Source of the DNA: Gammaproteobacteria bacterium
GTDB lineage: Bacteria > Pseudomonadota > Gammaproteobacteria > GCA-002705445 > GCA-002716945
Direction of reading: 5' to 3'
DNA length: 40,000 nucleotides
Assembly: GCA_045561295.1 (NCBI GenBank)
Contig: JBJKYD010000015.1
Location: 9,888 to 49,887, forward strand
Part shown: positions 17,015 through 26,896 of the stretch, one piece after another
Layout of the letters: each line of letters opens with the position of its first letter
Numbering within the stretch: the first letter of the stretch is position 1
Position numbers and translations under genes: made by a program
The notes under the pieces: model-generated
Seen by the model: only the letters and a program-made list of their open reading frames with translations
What the model was told of the DNA's origin: nothing
Database searches by the model: none

Positions 17015-17975
17015 AAATATCAGTCTAAATAAACAAGTTAAACCTTTAGTTGAGCAACTTATTGAGTCACATGAAAAGCTTAATTTAAGCATCAGTGAAT
17101 CTGAGGGTGGAGCAAAAATTATAGATGCTGGAATCAAGACTACAGGCTGTCTTGAAGCAGGTAGAATCATAACGGAAATATGTATGGGTGGACTAGGAAC
17201 AGTGAGCCTTTCTATGACTAATAACACACCAAATTGGCCGTTATCTATACATGTACACAGTACAGACCCAGTTTTATCATGTTTAGGAAGTCAATATGCT
17301 GGCTGGTCACTATCTTTTGTACAAAATGATGATAATTTTTCTGCATTAGGTTCTGGACCATGTCGTGCTCTTGCTGGTAAAGAAGAAATATTTAAAGATA
17401 TAGACTATGAGGATAAATTCTTTTCTACAGTGGTAGTGTTAGAAGTTGATCAAAATCCACCTCAAGAAATTATAGATAAAATTGTAAATGACTGCAGCAT
17501 ATCTGAAAAGAATCTAACAGTTATTCTGACACCAACTCGCTCATTATGTGGAACAACTCAAGTTGTAGGAAGAGTGTTAGAGGTAGGCTTGCATAAAGTC
17601 CATGAATTAGGTTTCCCAATAGATAAAGTAAGAGATGGTTTTGGTTCAGCACCTCTACCACCTCCCGCACCTGATTTCCTAATTGGTATGGGAAGGACGA
17701 ACGATGCCATTCTATATGGTGGCCTAGTTCATTTATATGTAGATACACCTAATGATGATGCAGAAGAATTAGCCAAAAGACTTCCTAGCAGTACATCAAG
17801 CGATTATGGTAAACCCTTCTCAGATGTCTTCAAAGAATACAAATATGATTTTTATAAAATTGATAAGATGCTTTTTAGTCCAGCTAAAGTAATTGTTTCT
17901 AGTTTGAAAACTGGAAAATCATTTACTGGTGGTAAAATTGATTTATCTTTAATGGATGATTCATTTAATAAATGA
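17007..17975 (+). CDS. mch: Methenyl-H4MPT cyclohydrolase
   Basis: 322 aa. The N-terminal pattern LN..VKPLVEQL...L......GGAKIIDAGI...G.LEAGRIITEICMGGLGTV is characteristic of Mch. Confidence 0.9.
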   Translation: MNKNISLNKQVKPLVEQLIESHEKLNLSISESEGGAKIIDAGIKTTGCLEAGRIITEICMGGLGTVSLSMTNNTPNWPLSIHVHSTDPVLSCLGSQYAGWSLSFVQNDDNFSALGSGPCRALAGKEEIFKDIDYEDKFFSTVVVLEVDQNPPQEIIDKIVNDCSISEKNLTVILTPTRSLCGTTQVVGRVLEVGLHKVHELGFPIDKVRDGFGSAPLPPPAPDFLIGMGRTNDAILYGGLVHLYVDTPNDDAEELAKRLPSSTSSDYGKPFSDVFKEYKYDFYKIDKMLFSPAKVIVSSLKTGKSFTGGKIDLSLMDDSFNK

Positions 17976-18844
17976 TTAGAACTTTAATTCTTACTGAAAA
18001 GGAAGGATGGCATTTTCAACAACTCAAAACATCACTAGAAAAAAGAAAACATAAAGTTTTTTCGGGATGTCTATCAAATATTAGTCTATCGTTATCCAAT
18101 AATAAAGCAGAGCTATTTATTAATGATGTACCTATTCCTGAAATAGATAATGTAATAGTAAGATTTGTTCCTGGTGGTACGTTAGAAGAAATAACATATT
18201 ATCTAAATATATTAAAAATATTTGAAGGTATGGGAGTTAGGGTAATTAATACTGCACAAAAAATTGAGAGCACAGTCGACAAACTTTATACTTCATATAT
18301 TCTGGGTAAAAATAATTTAAAAACACCTAGCACATTTATTTTCCGTGACTTCGAGAAAGCTAAAAATTTCTTAGAAACTCAATTACCCAAGGAGGGTATC
18401 GTTTATAAACCTTTATTTGGTTCACAAGGAGATAATGTCAAATTAATAAAAAGCTCTTACGAACTGAAAGAAATAGAAAACCTCTCAAACATTTTCTATT
18501 TTCAGCAATATTTAGATAATTCAATTAATCATGATTATAGAATATTAGTAATACGTAAAGATGAAACCTATAAATATTTTTATATGACAAGATATGGTGA
18601 CAGCTTTATTAATAATGTGTCTAAAGGTGGATCATGCAAGAAAGAATCAATTGACAAGTCCATCATTGATCTAGCCTTGAAAGCGAGTAAATTATTAAAT
18701 ATCTCTTTTTGTGGCGTTGATATAATGAGTTTTAATAATAATAACTATATCATCGAGATTAATAGTATTCCAGCATGGAGAGGGTTACAGAACGTCGAAT
18801 CAGAGGTAATATCAGATCACTTTGTAAATCTTTTGATGACATAA
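17972..18844 (+). CDS. mptN: RimK-type ATP-grasp ligase, probable H4MPT:alpha-L-glutamate ligase
   Basis: RimK-like layout (VINTAQKIESTVDKLYT, YKPLFGSQGDNV, FYFQQYL, DYRILVI, GVDIM...IIEINSIPAW). ATGA overlap with mch. Confidence 0.65.
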   Translation: MIRTLILTEKEGWHFQQLKTSLEKRKHKVFSGCLSNISLSLSNNKAELFINDVPIPEIDNVIVRFVPGGTLEEITYYLNILKIFEGMGVRVINTAQKIESTVDKLYTSYILGKNNLKTPSTFIFRDFEKAKNFLETQLPKEGIVYKPLFGSQGDNVKLIKSSYELKEIENLSNIFYFQQYLDNSINHDYRILVIRKDETYKYFYMTRYGDSFINNVSKGGSCKKESIDKSIIDLALKASKLLNISFCGVDIMSFNNNNYIIEINSIPAWRGLQNVESEVISDHFVNLLMT

Positions 18845-18859
18845 ATATTGAAATGTAAT

Positions 18860-19735
18860 ATGGATTTATCAAAATATAAAATTAAATTTGTACAAGATCT
18901 AATTAAAAAATCATATATAAACTCATGCCAATTAGATATTGAGTGCATAAAACCTGGTAATGTAAATCAAACGTCTGGGCATCCTGATACTTCTTCTGAT
19001 GATTTTATAAAAAGCTTTATGACAACTGCTGAAATAATTTCTTCTAATGATTCTACCTTAGGTGAAAAAATTGAAAACTCTGTGCTTATGACAAAAAGAG
19101 CTGTTAATAAAAATACTAATCTTGGTATTATTCTTTTGTGTTCATTATTTGTACAATCGCTCTCTATAAAAAAAAATCTAACTCTTTGCGAGGCTATTGA
19201 ATTTGTAGTTATAGAGGCAACCTGTGAAGACGTATCCAAATTATGTAATGCTATAAATCTTGCTCAGCCCGGAGGATTAGGTAGTCATAGTGACTATGAT
19301 GTAACTTCAAATCCTGATATAGCCCTTCTTGATATTATGAAAATATCATCCGAATACGATATGATTGCTAAACAATACGCTTTATTTTTTGAAGATATAT
19401 TTAGATTTGTAATACCAGCACTAGATAATGCGTTTCGTAAGATCAATGATAAAAAATTAGCTATTTCTTATACTTTTCTTAAAATTTTAGAAAAGTACCC
19501 AGATTCACACATATGTAGAAAATATGGCAATAAAATAGCAAAAAAGACTAGCAATGAGGCCTCTGATTTGATAAAAATACTAGACGGGGATACTCGACAC
19601 GAGTCATGGGGTAAAAAACTAATGTCTCTTGATAATCATTTCAAAATGACTCGAGTTAATCCAGGAACATCAGCAGATTTATTGGTTGTTTCAATGATGA
19701 TTTATGATTATTTCATTGGGTTGCCAGATAGGTAA
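18860..19735 (+). CDS. Triphosphoribosyl-dephospho-CoA synthase (CitG/MdcB)-like protein of the H4MPT island (orf5-type)
   Basis: CitG-family motifs NTNLGIILL and NPGTSADLLV. ATG 18860 is preferred over the ORF-track TTG 18848. Confidence 0.6.
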   Translation: MDLSKYKIKFVQDLIKKSYINSCQLDIECIKPGNVNQTSGHPDTSSDDFIKSFMTTAEIISSNDSTLGEKIENSVLMTKRAVNKNTNLGIILLCSLFVQSLSIKKNLTLCEAIEFVVIEATCEDVSKLCNAINLAQPGGLGSHSDYDVTSNPDIALLDIMKISSEYDMIAKQYALFFEDIFRFVIPALDNAFRKINDKKLAISYTFLKILEKYPDSHICRKYGNKIAKKTSNEASDLIKILDGDTRHESWGKKLMSLDNHFKMTRVNPGTSADLLVVSMMIYDYFIGLPDR

Positions 19736-19777
19736 GCTACGTTCGTTTATTAATAAACATAAATATAGGAGATAATA

Positions 19778-20290
19778 ATGGCAGTAGTCGACAAAGTATT
19801 AGTTGGTGAAGCGCTAGTTGTAACCGAAGGTGGGGATAACGAGATTTCACATATCGACTTGTTAATGGGACCACGTGGTTCTGCAGTAGAAGATGCATTT
19901 TGTAACACTCTTTGTAATAACAAAGATGGCTTTACATCTTTATTAGCTGTAGTTTCACCTAACTTACTATGCAAACCAGCGACAGCTATGTTTAACAAAG
20001 TAACAATTAAAGGTGCTAAACAAGCAGTTCAAATGTTTGGACCAGCTCAAGCAGCTGTTGCAAGAGCGGTAACTGAATGCGTTGAAGATGGAACAATCCC
20101 AGCTGATGAAGCTGACGATATTTTCATTTGTGTAGGTGTATTTATTCATTGGGACGCTGATGACAATAAACGTATCTACGATTACAATTTTGAAGCTGTC
20201 AAAATGGCAATCAAAAACGCTATAAGTGGTGAGCCTAAGGCACAAGATGTTGTTGCTAAGAAAGCTACAGAACACCCATTTGAAAAGTAA
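19778..20290 (+). CDS. fae: Formaldehyde-activating enzyme
   Basis: 170 aa. The N-terminus VGEALV...[19 protein letters not shown] is diagnostic for Fae. Strong RBS TAGGAG. Higher GC and CGT Arg codons suggest high expression. Confidence 0.9.
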   Translation: MAVVDKVLVGEALVVTEGGDNEISHIDLLMGPRGSAVEDAFCNTLCNNKDGFTSLLAVVSPNLLCKPATAMFNKVTIKGAKQAVQMFGPAQAAVARAVTECVEDGTIPADEADDIFICVGVFIHWDADDNKRIYDYNFEAVKMAIKNAISGEPKAQDVVAKKATEHPFEK

Positions 20291-20309
20291 TCATATCTGA
20301 TTATGTTAG

Positions 20310-20341
20310 AAAGAGCTGGCTACTTGCCAGCTCTTTTTTTT
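20310..20341 (+). terminator. Rho-independent terminator of the mptG-fae operon; overlaps the 3' end of the convergent gene
   Basis: An 11-bp stem: AAAGAGCTGGC (20310-20320) pairs with GCCAGCTCTTT (20326-20336). The T run extends to 20341. The stop codon of the minus-strand gene sits at the 5' stem/loop junction (20320-22), and its last residues KKRAGK are encoded by the 3' stem arm, part of the loop and the T run. Confidence 0.85.
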
Positions 20342-20997
20342 ATTAGAAATGAATTTTTATAATTTTTAAATAGTAGTGAAGATACTAACACTCCAGAGAA
20401 CCCCATAGCCTCTAGCTTATTAATATCAAATGTAGATTTTATTCCACCACCCACGTAATATTGAATTGAACTTTTTTTACTCATTGAGCGAATATATTTA
20501 TAATCTGGACCTTTATCATTACCCACGTCAGCTATATTCATAAAAATAATTTTATTTTTATATGAAGAATCAAAATTTTTAAAACTATCTAAACCTAGTA
20601 ATTTATTCTTGTAGTCATATGAATGAATATAATTTTTATATATATAATTAATATTTTTAATAGATAAACAATTTTCACTACATAATATTGGTTCAATATT
20701 CCTCTTAGCTAAACGTTGATCGATTTTTCCTCCAATATCTACCCAAAAATGAATATTTTTATTCACACTTGCAATGTCCTTTATTAAATCAATATTATGA
20801 TTTTCACTTATCAGTGAATTAATATCTGCAATATAAAATATGGAAGGACGATAAATTTTAGTCATTTCTTTTATAAACTTAAATGGATCCGATGAAAAGC
20901 CAGAATCCTTACTGATAGGGTGGTATCTGTCTCTATCACCTTGTTTAGCTTTAACAACTTTACCGTCTTTTATATCAATTGCAGGTATAATGTTCAT
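20320..20997 (-). CDS. HisA/HisF-fold (beta/alpha barrel) protein of the H4MPT island (orf20-type)
   Basis: The N-terminus MNIIPAIDIKDGKVVKAKQGD matches the HisA/HisF N-terminal signature. The C-terminal segment contains GGGI.... Confidence 0.7.
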   Translation of the reverse strand: MNIIPAIDIKDGKVVKAKQGDRDRYHPISKDSGFSSDPFKFIKEMTKIYRPSIFYIADINSLISENHNIDLIKDIASVNKNIHFWVDIGGKIDQRLAKRNIEPILCSENCLSIKNINYIYKNYIHSYDYKNKLLGLDSFKNFDSSYKNKIIFMNIADVGNDKGPDYKYIRSMSKKSSIQYYVGGGIKSTFDINKLEAMGFSGVLVSSLLFKNYKNSFLIKKRAGK

Positions 20998-21919
20998 GAT
21001 GAAAAAAATTCTTATATATGAGTATATTACAGGCGGAGGTTTGATAGGAAAAAAATTTGATCATAGTCTACTTTCGGAAGCTAATCTAATAATAGATTCA
21101 CTCATTAGCAAGACAGACAGCATTGTAAACTTTTTTTGTGACTATCGTTATAAGTATAAAAATAATAAGAACGCTATCCTTATTACTGCTAATAATCATA
21201 GCATCATCTATGATACTGACATGATAAACTCTTATGATTATTTCTTACCAATTTGTCCAGAATCAGATTTAATACTATATAACTATATTAAGGAAATAAA
21301 TCCATATGTTGATAATATGAAAATTTCATCTCCCAAAACTATTTTAGTAACAAGTGATAAATTATTATTAAAAGATATTTGTAATAGATATAATATTTCA
21401 CATGCAGACTCTTATATTTCAAAATCAAAACAATCATTATATATAATCAAAGATAGATTCGGATGTGGTTGTAATAATGTTAGAGTCACTAGTAATAAGA
21501 ATTTAGAAATTCCAGCAAATCGAATAATTGAAAAATATATTCCTGGTGATTCATATAGCGTTAATCTTTATATATCTGATACAGGGTATGAAATACTTAC
21601 AATTAATCAACAAATAATTAACAGATACAATAATGTTCTTAAGTTGGATGCTATCAATGTGAATATCTATCCATATTTTAGAAATTCACTTTTTAAATTT
21701 ATTGAAGGGATTTTAGTAGCTCTTCCTGGCTTAAAGGGGTTTATAGGTTTCGATTTGATTTATAATAAAGAAGGTTTATTTTTGATAGATATCAATCCTA
21801 GATATACAACTTCTATGTCTGCAATTAGTAAATGTAAAGATAGACATATACTTGACTACATTAATATATCAAAGAATGAACAAACTGGATCATCATGCAA
21901 AATAAAGCTGCAAGTATAA
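20996..21919 (+). CDS. ATP-grasp protein of the H4MPT island
   Basis: The N-terminus (M)MKKILIYEYITGGGL and the core GFIGFDLIYNKEGLFLIDINPRYTTS are ATP-grasp features. The start is one of ATG 20990, 20996 or 20999. Confidence 0.6.
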   Translation: MMKKILIYEYITGGGLIGKKFDHSLLSEANLIIDSLISKTDSIVNFFCDYRYKYKNNKNAILITANNHSIIYDTDMINSYDYFLPICPESDLILYNYIKEINPYVDNMKISSPKTILVTSDKLLLKDICNRYNISHADSYISKSKQSLYIIKDRFGCGCNNVRVTSNKNLEIPANRIIEKYIPGDSYSVNLYISDTGYEILTINQQIINRYNNVLKLDAINVNIYPYFRNSLFKFIEGILVALPGLKGFIGFDLIYNKEGLFLIDINPRYTTSMSAISKCKDRHILDYINISKNEQTGSSCKIKLQV

Positions 21920-22938
21920 CTAAAATAGGTTGGGATATAGGTGGTGCCCACCTAAAATATTGCGTCATATCTAGTGACTCAGACATTATATGGTATGACA
22001 TTATTGATTTTGAATTTTGGAAGGAATATAAAAAATTCAAAAATATAGTAATAAAGATAAACTCAATTTATAGTAAAAAAAACCATCATACTGAAAACTA
22101 TTTTACAATGTCAGCAGAAATGTGTGATTGTTTTGATAATAGGGCTGATGGCGTTGATTATATTGTTAAACAAATTATAGAAAGTAAGTATCCATCATAT
22201 ATCTTTACTAAAAATGGCTTTCAAAATTCATTAAAGATAAATAAAGCCTCATTTAAATATATAGGCTCATTTAATTGGTACGCAACTGCATTGTATATAT
22301 CCTCTTTATTTTCTGACATTATAGCTATTGATTTTGGTTCGACCACATGCGATTTTCTAATTATAAAAAATGGAAAAATTAAAAATAAAAGAACATCAGA
22401 TATAACTGGCTTACAATCCCATGAACTTCTATATACTGGTTGTGCACGCACACCTATATATGCACACACTAATGAAATAACATACAAAAATAAGATTTAT
22501 AAGATAATACCGGAACAATTTTCTTCTATGTCTGATATTTACGTTATTTTGGATAAGTTACCTGTCGATGATATATATTCTAAAGCACTAAATATGAATG
22601 ACCATTCTAAAATAAATGCATGTAAGAGAATATCTAGATCATTTGGCTTTGATTTTGCATATAATAAATTAGATTTGATTAAGAATTTATCGAAACAAAT
22701 ATATGATTCTCAGATTAAGTTAATTGAAAATAATATTTTATTTCACAAGAGAAAACATTTTAATGAGGATAAAAAATTAGATATTATGGGATTAGGATTA
22801 GGATATAGAGCAATATCACATATCGGTCAAAAAAATAATCTTAATCATATAGATATTAACAATATCTTGGAGATGGAAATTGACAGAGGTTCTGAGTTAA
22901 CAAAATTATTTTCATCGTATGTAATGTGTAGGTTATAA
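21895..22938 (+). CDS. Hydantoinase/ASKHA-ATPase-like protein of the H4MPT-linked C1 transfer island (orf22-type)
   Basis: Two actin-fold phosphate motifs: IGWDIGGAHLK and AIDFGSTTCDF. Lies between the ATP-grasp and pabB-like genes. Confidence 0.6.
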   Translation: MQNKAASITKIGWDIGGAHLKYCVISSDSDIIWYDIIDFEFWKEYKKFKNIVIKINSIYSKKNHHTENYFTMSAEMCDCFDNRADGVDYIVKQIIESKYPSYIFTKNGFQNSLKINKASFKYIGSFNWYATALYISSLFSDIIAIDFGSTTCDFLIIKNGKIKNKRTSDITGLQSHELLYTGCARTPIYAHTNEITYKNKIYKIIPEQFSSMSDIYVILDKLPVDDIYSKALNMNDHSKINACKRISRSFGFDFAYNKLDLIKNLSKQIYDSQIKLIENNILFHKRKHFNEDKKLDIMGLGLGYRAISHIGQKNNLNHIDINNILEMEIDRGSELTKLFSSYVMCRL

Positions 22939-24276
22939 ATGACATATAAAATTGAACAACTAGATTTTTCAATACCCTCCCATAAATATTTTGAATTTAT
23001 AAAAAATAATGATTGGTCTATATATCTTAACAGCAATAATGATAAATATCCTGATCAAAGATTTGATATCTTAACTTCTGACCCACTTGAAAAAATTATC
23101 TTGGATGATGATATATCTAATAATCAATCTTTTAATAGTGATATCTTTTCTTCTTTGAAGAATGCGATGGAAAAATATAAATGTGAATCTAAGGATGATA
23201 TTCCTTTTTGTGGGGGAGCTATGGGTTTTATTTCATATGATTATGGTAATAAACTTCACAATATTGAAAATAAAAATAATAAAGATTTCCAATATCCTTT
23301 GATAGCTTTTGGTATCTATGATTGGTGCATAATTTATGATTATTTAAAAAGAAAATCATTTATCTTGTATCATCAAAAAAATAAACTAATTGATAGCATA
23401 TTAAAATTATCAATTAGCCAGCTATCTTTAAATGAATCAGAATCATTTAACTGTACATCTAGATGTGAATCTAATATGAATTATGATTTATATCATGCAA
23501 AATTATCTAAAATTATGAACTACATTAAAAGAGGCGATTGTTATCAAGTCAATCTTGCTCAAAGATTTTCTCTTGGATTTGAAGGTGATGAATATTCAAT
23601 ATATAAGACATTAACCAAATCATTCGCGTCACCATATTCAGCGTTTATGAATTATCCATTTGGTAAGATTTTATCATTTTCACCGGAGAGATTTTTATCT
23701 ATAAATAATGGAGTTGTTGAAACAAAACCTATTAAAGGGACGAGACCAATATCTATTGATCCAGTAATTGATAAAAAAAATATCAAAGAATTAAAAACAT
23801 CAGAAAAAGATAAAGCTGAAAATCTTATGATTGTTGATTTACTGAGAAATGATTTAGGTATGAATTGTAAAAATGGAAGTATAAAAGTCGATAAGCTTTT
23901 TGAGATTGAGACATTTGCAAATGTTCATCACCTTGTCAGCACTATAAGTGGTGAAGTAGATAATGATTCAAATATATATAATCTGATCAAAGATGCTTTT
24001 CCTGGTGGCTCCATCACTGGAGCTCCCAAGCTTAGATCTATGGAGATAATCGAAGAGTTAGAGCCGAATAACAGGTCAATTTATTGTGGAAGCATTGGTT
24101 ATATTGGCTTCGATGAAAAAACTGATTTAAATATTTCAATTAGAACTATGCTTGCAGTTAACAAGAATTTATATTTTTGGGGCGGAGGAGGTATCGTAAA
24201 CGATTCTGATATAAGGAGCGAATATAATGAATCAATTGATAAAGTTAAACCGCTTCTTGATACATTTTCTGATTAA
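22939..24276 (+). CDS. pabB: Aminodeoxychorismate/anthranilate synthase component I family (PabB-like), p-aminobenzoate supply for H4MPT
   Basis: Chorismate-binding family motifs: GDCYQVNL, SFSPERFL, KPIKGT, KAENLMIVDLLRNDLG, AFPGGSITGAPK, YCGSIGYI. Confidence 0.8.
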   Translation: MTYKIEQLDFSIPSHKYFEFIKNNDWSIYLNSNNDKYPDQRFDILTSDPLEKIILDDDISNNQSFNSDIFSSLKNAMEKYKCESKDDIPFCGGAMGFISYDYGNKLHNIENKNNKDFQYPLIAFGIYDWCIIYDYLKRKSFILYHQKNKLIDSILKLSISQLSLNESESFNCTSRCESNMNYDLYHAKLSKIMNYIKRGDCYQVNLAQRFSLGFEGDEYSIYKTLTKSFASPYSAFMNYPFGKILSFSPERFLSINNGVVETKPIKGTRPISIDPVIDKKNIKELKTSEKDKAENLMIVDLLRNDLGMNCKNGSIKVDKLFEIETFANVHHLVSTISGEVDNDSNIYNLIKDAFPGGSITGAPKLRSMEIIEELEPNNRSIYCGSIGYIGFDEKTDLNISIRTMLAVNKNLYFWGGGGIVNDSDIRSEYNESIDKVKPLLDTFSD

Positions 24277-24958
24277 TATTTTTTATTATTTTTATAATAT
24301 TTTGACATTGAATTGACTCAATATTATCTCTTGAATTAGGTGAACATAACGCACCCCTGAATCCAATAAAATCAGACTTAAATTTCATTGCATATTCAAT
24401 AGTATTTTGTTGCATAGAGCCAGAGAGTCCACAAAACTTTTTTATCTTATGACATTCTGAAACAAAAGAGTTTATTAAATTATCATCCATAATATCGAGA
24501 GTTGATTTACTAGATTTCTTAACTGTATCTATCATTAGACCATCATAGTCAAGTTTACATATTTTTTTTATTATGTTGATGTCAATATTGTTATCCGCAA
24601 ATAAAACACCTACAGTTTTAATATTTAAATTAAATGCTTTTTTCAAAAATATCGAATGCATATCAAGATAATTTATATCAAATATCCCAATTTTAATATA
24701 ATCAATTTTTGAAGAGTTTAGAAACTCTAGTCTTTCATAAATGATATCTTTATTTGGATGATCACTATTTCCAGCAGTAACACTTAATATTCTATTATTG
24801 AGTTCATTAGAAATAAGCTCGACTTCTTTATTTCCTACATATCCTAAGGGACCATCATCAATATTTTTTATATCAATTATATCAAAATCATAATCAGCCA
24901 TAAGCGAAGCCTCTTTGATATTTTTGATACTAGCTAGAGATTTAATCATTATTTTCAA
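24245..24958 (-). CDS. mfnB: MfnB-like (DUF556, orf17-type) probable (5-formylfuran-3-yl)methyl phosphate synthase, methylofuran biosynthesis
   Basis: The N-terminus SLASIKNIKEA......DIIDIKN...GPLG resembles the MfnB N-terminus. 237 aa, with island context. Confidence 0.6.
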   Translation of the reverse strand: MKIMIKSLASIKNIKEASLMADYDFDIIDIKNIDDGPLGYVGNKEVELISNELNNRILSVTAGNSDHPNKDIIYERLEFLNSSKIDYIKIGIFDINYLDMHSIFLKKAFNLNIKTVGVLFADNNIDINIIKKICKLDYDGLMIDTVKKSSKSTLDIMDDNLINSFVSECHKIKKFCGLSGSMQQNTIEYAMKFKSDFIGFRGALCSPNSRDNIESIQCQNIIKIIKNINQKMYQEAV

Positions 24959-25517
24959 AGTAGATATTTATCTTTTTCTCTATCCATTCCCAAGCTTCTT
25001 TTTCATTTTTACCAGCAGTTTTATCAATTCCAATTTTTAGGTATTTCATCTCATCCCTAATTTTATTATCATCAATTCTCCCAAGACGTGTTGAGAGTAC
25101 TGCTAATTCTATAACAGAAAACTGAGCTCTATTGAAACCCAAAAACGGTCTATGGATTTGTTCGTTGATAACTTCACATATAATTCTTGGCCTTACAGGA
25201 TCGTCATGATCTTCAATCGCTTTAACATTCATGTGTGTATTTGTATTTTGAAGGTGAGGAGCACATTTATCATCAAATACTTCTAGCTCCCAATCTTTTT
25301 TTTCTCCAGTAACTATTCCGGAAAAAACTTTAACATTATCTATAAAATTTACTGTAGCGATTTTTGTTTCTAAAATATTATTTAAAGTTTGAGACGGCTT
25401 GAAAGGTGAAATCTGTACTAATTTTTTTGAATCAGACTGAAGAAATTTCACACCCATCGGAGCAATATGTACTTTTTTATCTTTATTGATTGTAGTGACG
25501 ATTACTTCGTGAATCAT
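24942..25517 (-). CDS. DUF447-family (flavin-reductase-like fold, orf7-type) H4MPT island protein
   Basis: 191 aa. The N-terminus IHEVIVTT.....VHIAPMGV is typical of DUF447. Overlaps both neighbouring genes. Confidence 0.55.
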   Translation of the reverse strand: MIHEVIVTTINKDKKVHIAPMGVKFLQSDSKKLVQISPFKPSQTLNNILETKIATVNFIDNVKVFSGIVTGEKKDWELEVFDDKCAPHLQNTNTHMNVKAIEDHDDPVRPRIICEVINEQIHRPFLGFNRAQFSVIELAVLSTRLGRIDDNKIRDEMKYLKIGIDKTAGKNEKEAWEWIEKKINIYFENND

Positions 25518-26896
25518 TTTCTTTTCTTAAATGTTGGTCCCAATTCTTTAGACTGTAATTTATTATCTGCCTTTTTGTCTATCAAACAACCCCAATCTAA
25601 CTCTTCATCCTGTGAGTACTCTTTTCTTAATTGATATGCAATTTGTGCTCTAGCAAGCTCAACACCTAAATAAAATGAGTGCCCTGAATCTTCATCTACT
25701 TCTAGGAATTCATAAAAATCATAAGGATCTGAAAATACTTTATAAATCGTTTTATTGAATAGATGCACTCCATCATCATTTACATATATACGATAATTCT
25801 TATCCTTTATATTGCTTTTCATATCACTTAATTCATCAGACGTGTAAGCATAATCTTTATGGCCATGATTTATTAATAAGCCATTATTGATATGCTTTGG
25901 AGTAATATTATTCTCTGATGCTGCATGGATTATTCTCCTTGCCAAATCAGTTTCTCTAATTACTGTTGAACAATGTCTACTTACTTGTGTAGTAAGAATA
26001 TGATTCAATTTTAATTCTTCAACTATACCAAGCATTATCATATTCATACCGGAGGTATCAGCATGTGTGAGCTCAGTTATATTTCCTATCCCAATCATAA
26101 TATGTATGTCAGGATACTTTTCTCTTAAGTAGATATACCTCTCTATGCTCTTAGTGAAGCCATAAGAAATAGGGTCCAGTATTGGATCAGCTATGAAAGT
26201 AAGTTTATCTTGTACTGCTCTATCAATGAGCTTGTAGAAATTCGGCATATTGTTATCTGTTGGAATGAGAACAGGGTATGAATCTAAATTTTCCAATATG
26301 TGATAAGTCTCATCTTTTATACTTAGCAAATAATCTGCCCCTGCTTTTGAGCCTCTAATTAGTTCTTCAGTATTGTGGGAGTCTATGCTTACATAAAAGT
26401 TTCTATTTTTTAGCTCTTGCACTATTTCTTCCAAGTGAGGAAATTTTTTATTTGGCAAGCAGCCAATATCAATTACATCAGCACCCTCCAATCTAAAATA
26501 TTCAGCTCTTTTGATTACTTCCTCGACTGTCATATTTAAAGCATCAGTAATTTCTCCAAATATAGATGTTTCAAATTTCGATAAATCATATTTTACAGGA
26601 CTAGCACCAAAAAGTGTGGGCAAGTCCTTTAGTTCATCAGGACCGCGTATTATTTTTTTGTTAATATTTTCTTTCAAAGATTCTAAGTCACCACGAACTC
26701 TTCCTGGGATAATAATTTCATCAAAAGAATCTATATTTCCTATTCTTCTCTCAATCATGTCTGTTGTAAGTAAAGCAGCAACATTTACATTTAGATTTCT
26801 TATCTCATATGTAAAATCTTTATTTTCGATAGATTCAATAACTGTTCTTAATCCTTTCTCTGCTAACTTACCCGTAATAAATAATATATTTTTCAT
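25514..26896 (-). CDS. Dihydropteroate-synthase-like pterin-binding protein (orf9-type), H4MPT biosynthesis
   Basis: 460 aa. The pterin-binding-domain segment GADVIDIGCLP....F..L.E.V..L is followed by SIDSHN. ATGA overlaps on both sides. Confidence 0.7.
   Translation of the reverse strand: MKNILFITGKLAEKGLRTVIESIENKDFTYEIRNLNVNVAALLTTDMIERRIGNIDSFDEIIIPGRVRGDLESLKENINKKIIRGPDELKDLPTLFGASPVKYDLSKFETSIFGEITDALNMTVEEVIKRAEYFRLEGADVIDIGCLPNKKFPHLEEIVQELKNRNFYVSIDSHNTEELIRGSKAGADYLLSIKDETYHILENLDSYPVLIPTDNNMPNFYKLIDRAVQDKLTFIADPILDPISYGFTKSIERYIYLREKYPDIHIMIGIGNITELTHADTSGMNMIMLGIVEELKLNHILTTQVSRHCSTVIRETDLARRIIHAASENNITPKHINNGLLINHGHKDYAYTSDELSDMKSNIKDKNYRIYVNDDGVHLFNKTIYKVFSDPYDFYEFLEVDEDSGHSFYLGVELARAQIAYQLRKEYSQDEELDWGCLIDKKADNKLQSKELGPTFKKRK

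Noticed and set aside
15929-21919. Three ATP-grasp paralogues as a possible novel peptide-ligase system
   Set aside because: Multiple ATP-grasp genes (orfY-type, RimK/MptN-type and a third) are, as far as I recall, a regular component of bacterial H4MPT/methylofuran gene islands. The cofactor glutamyl tails explain them adequately.
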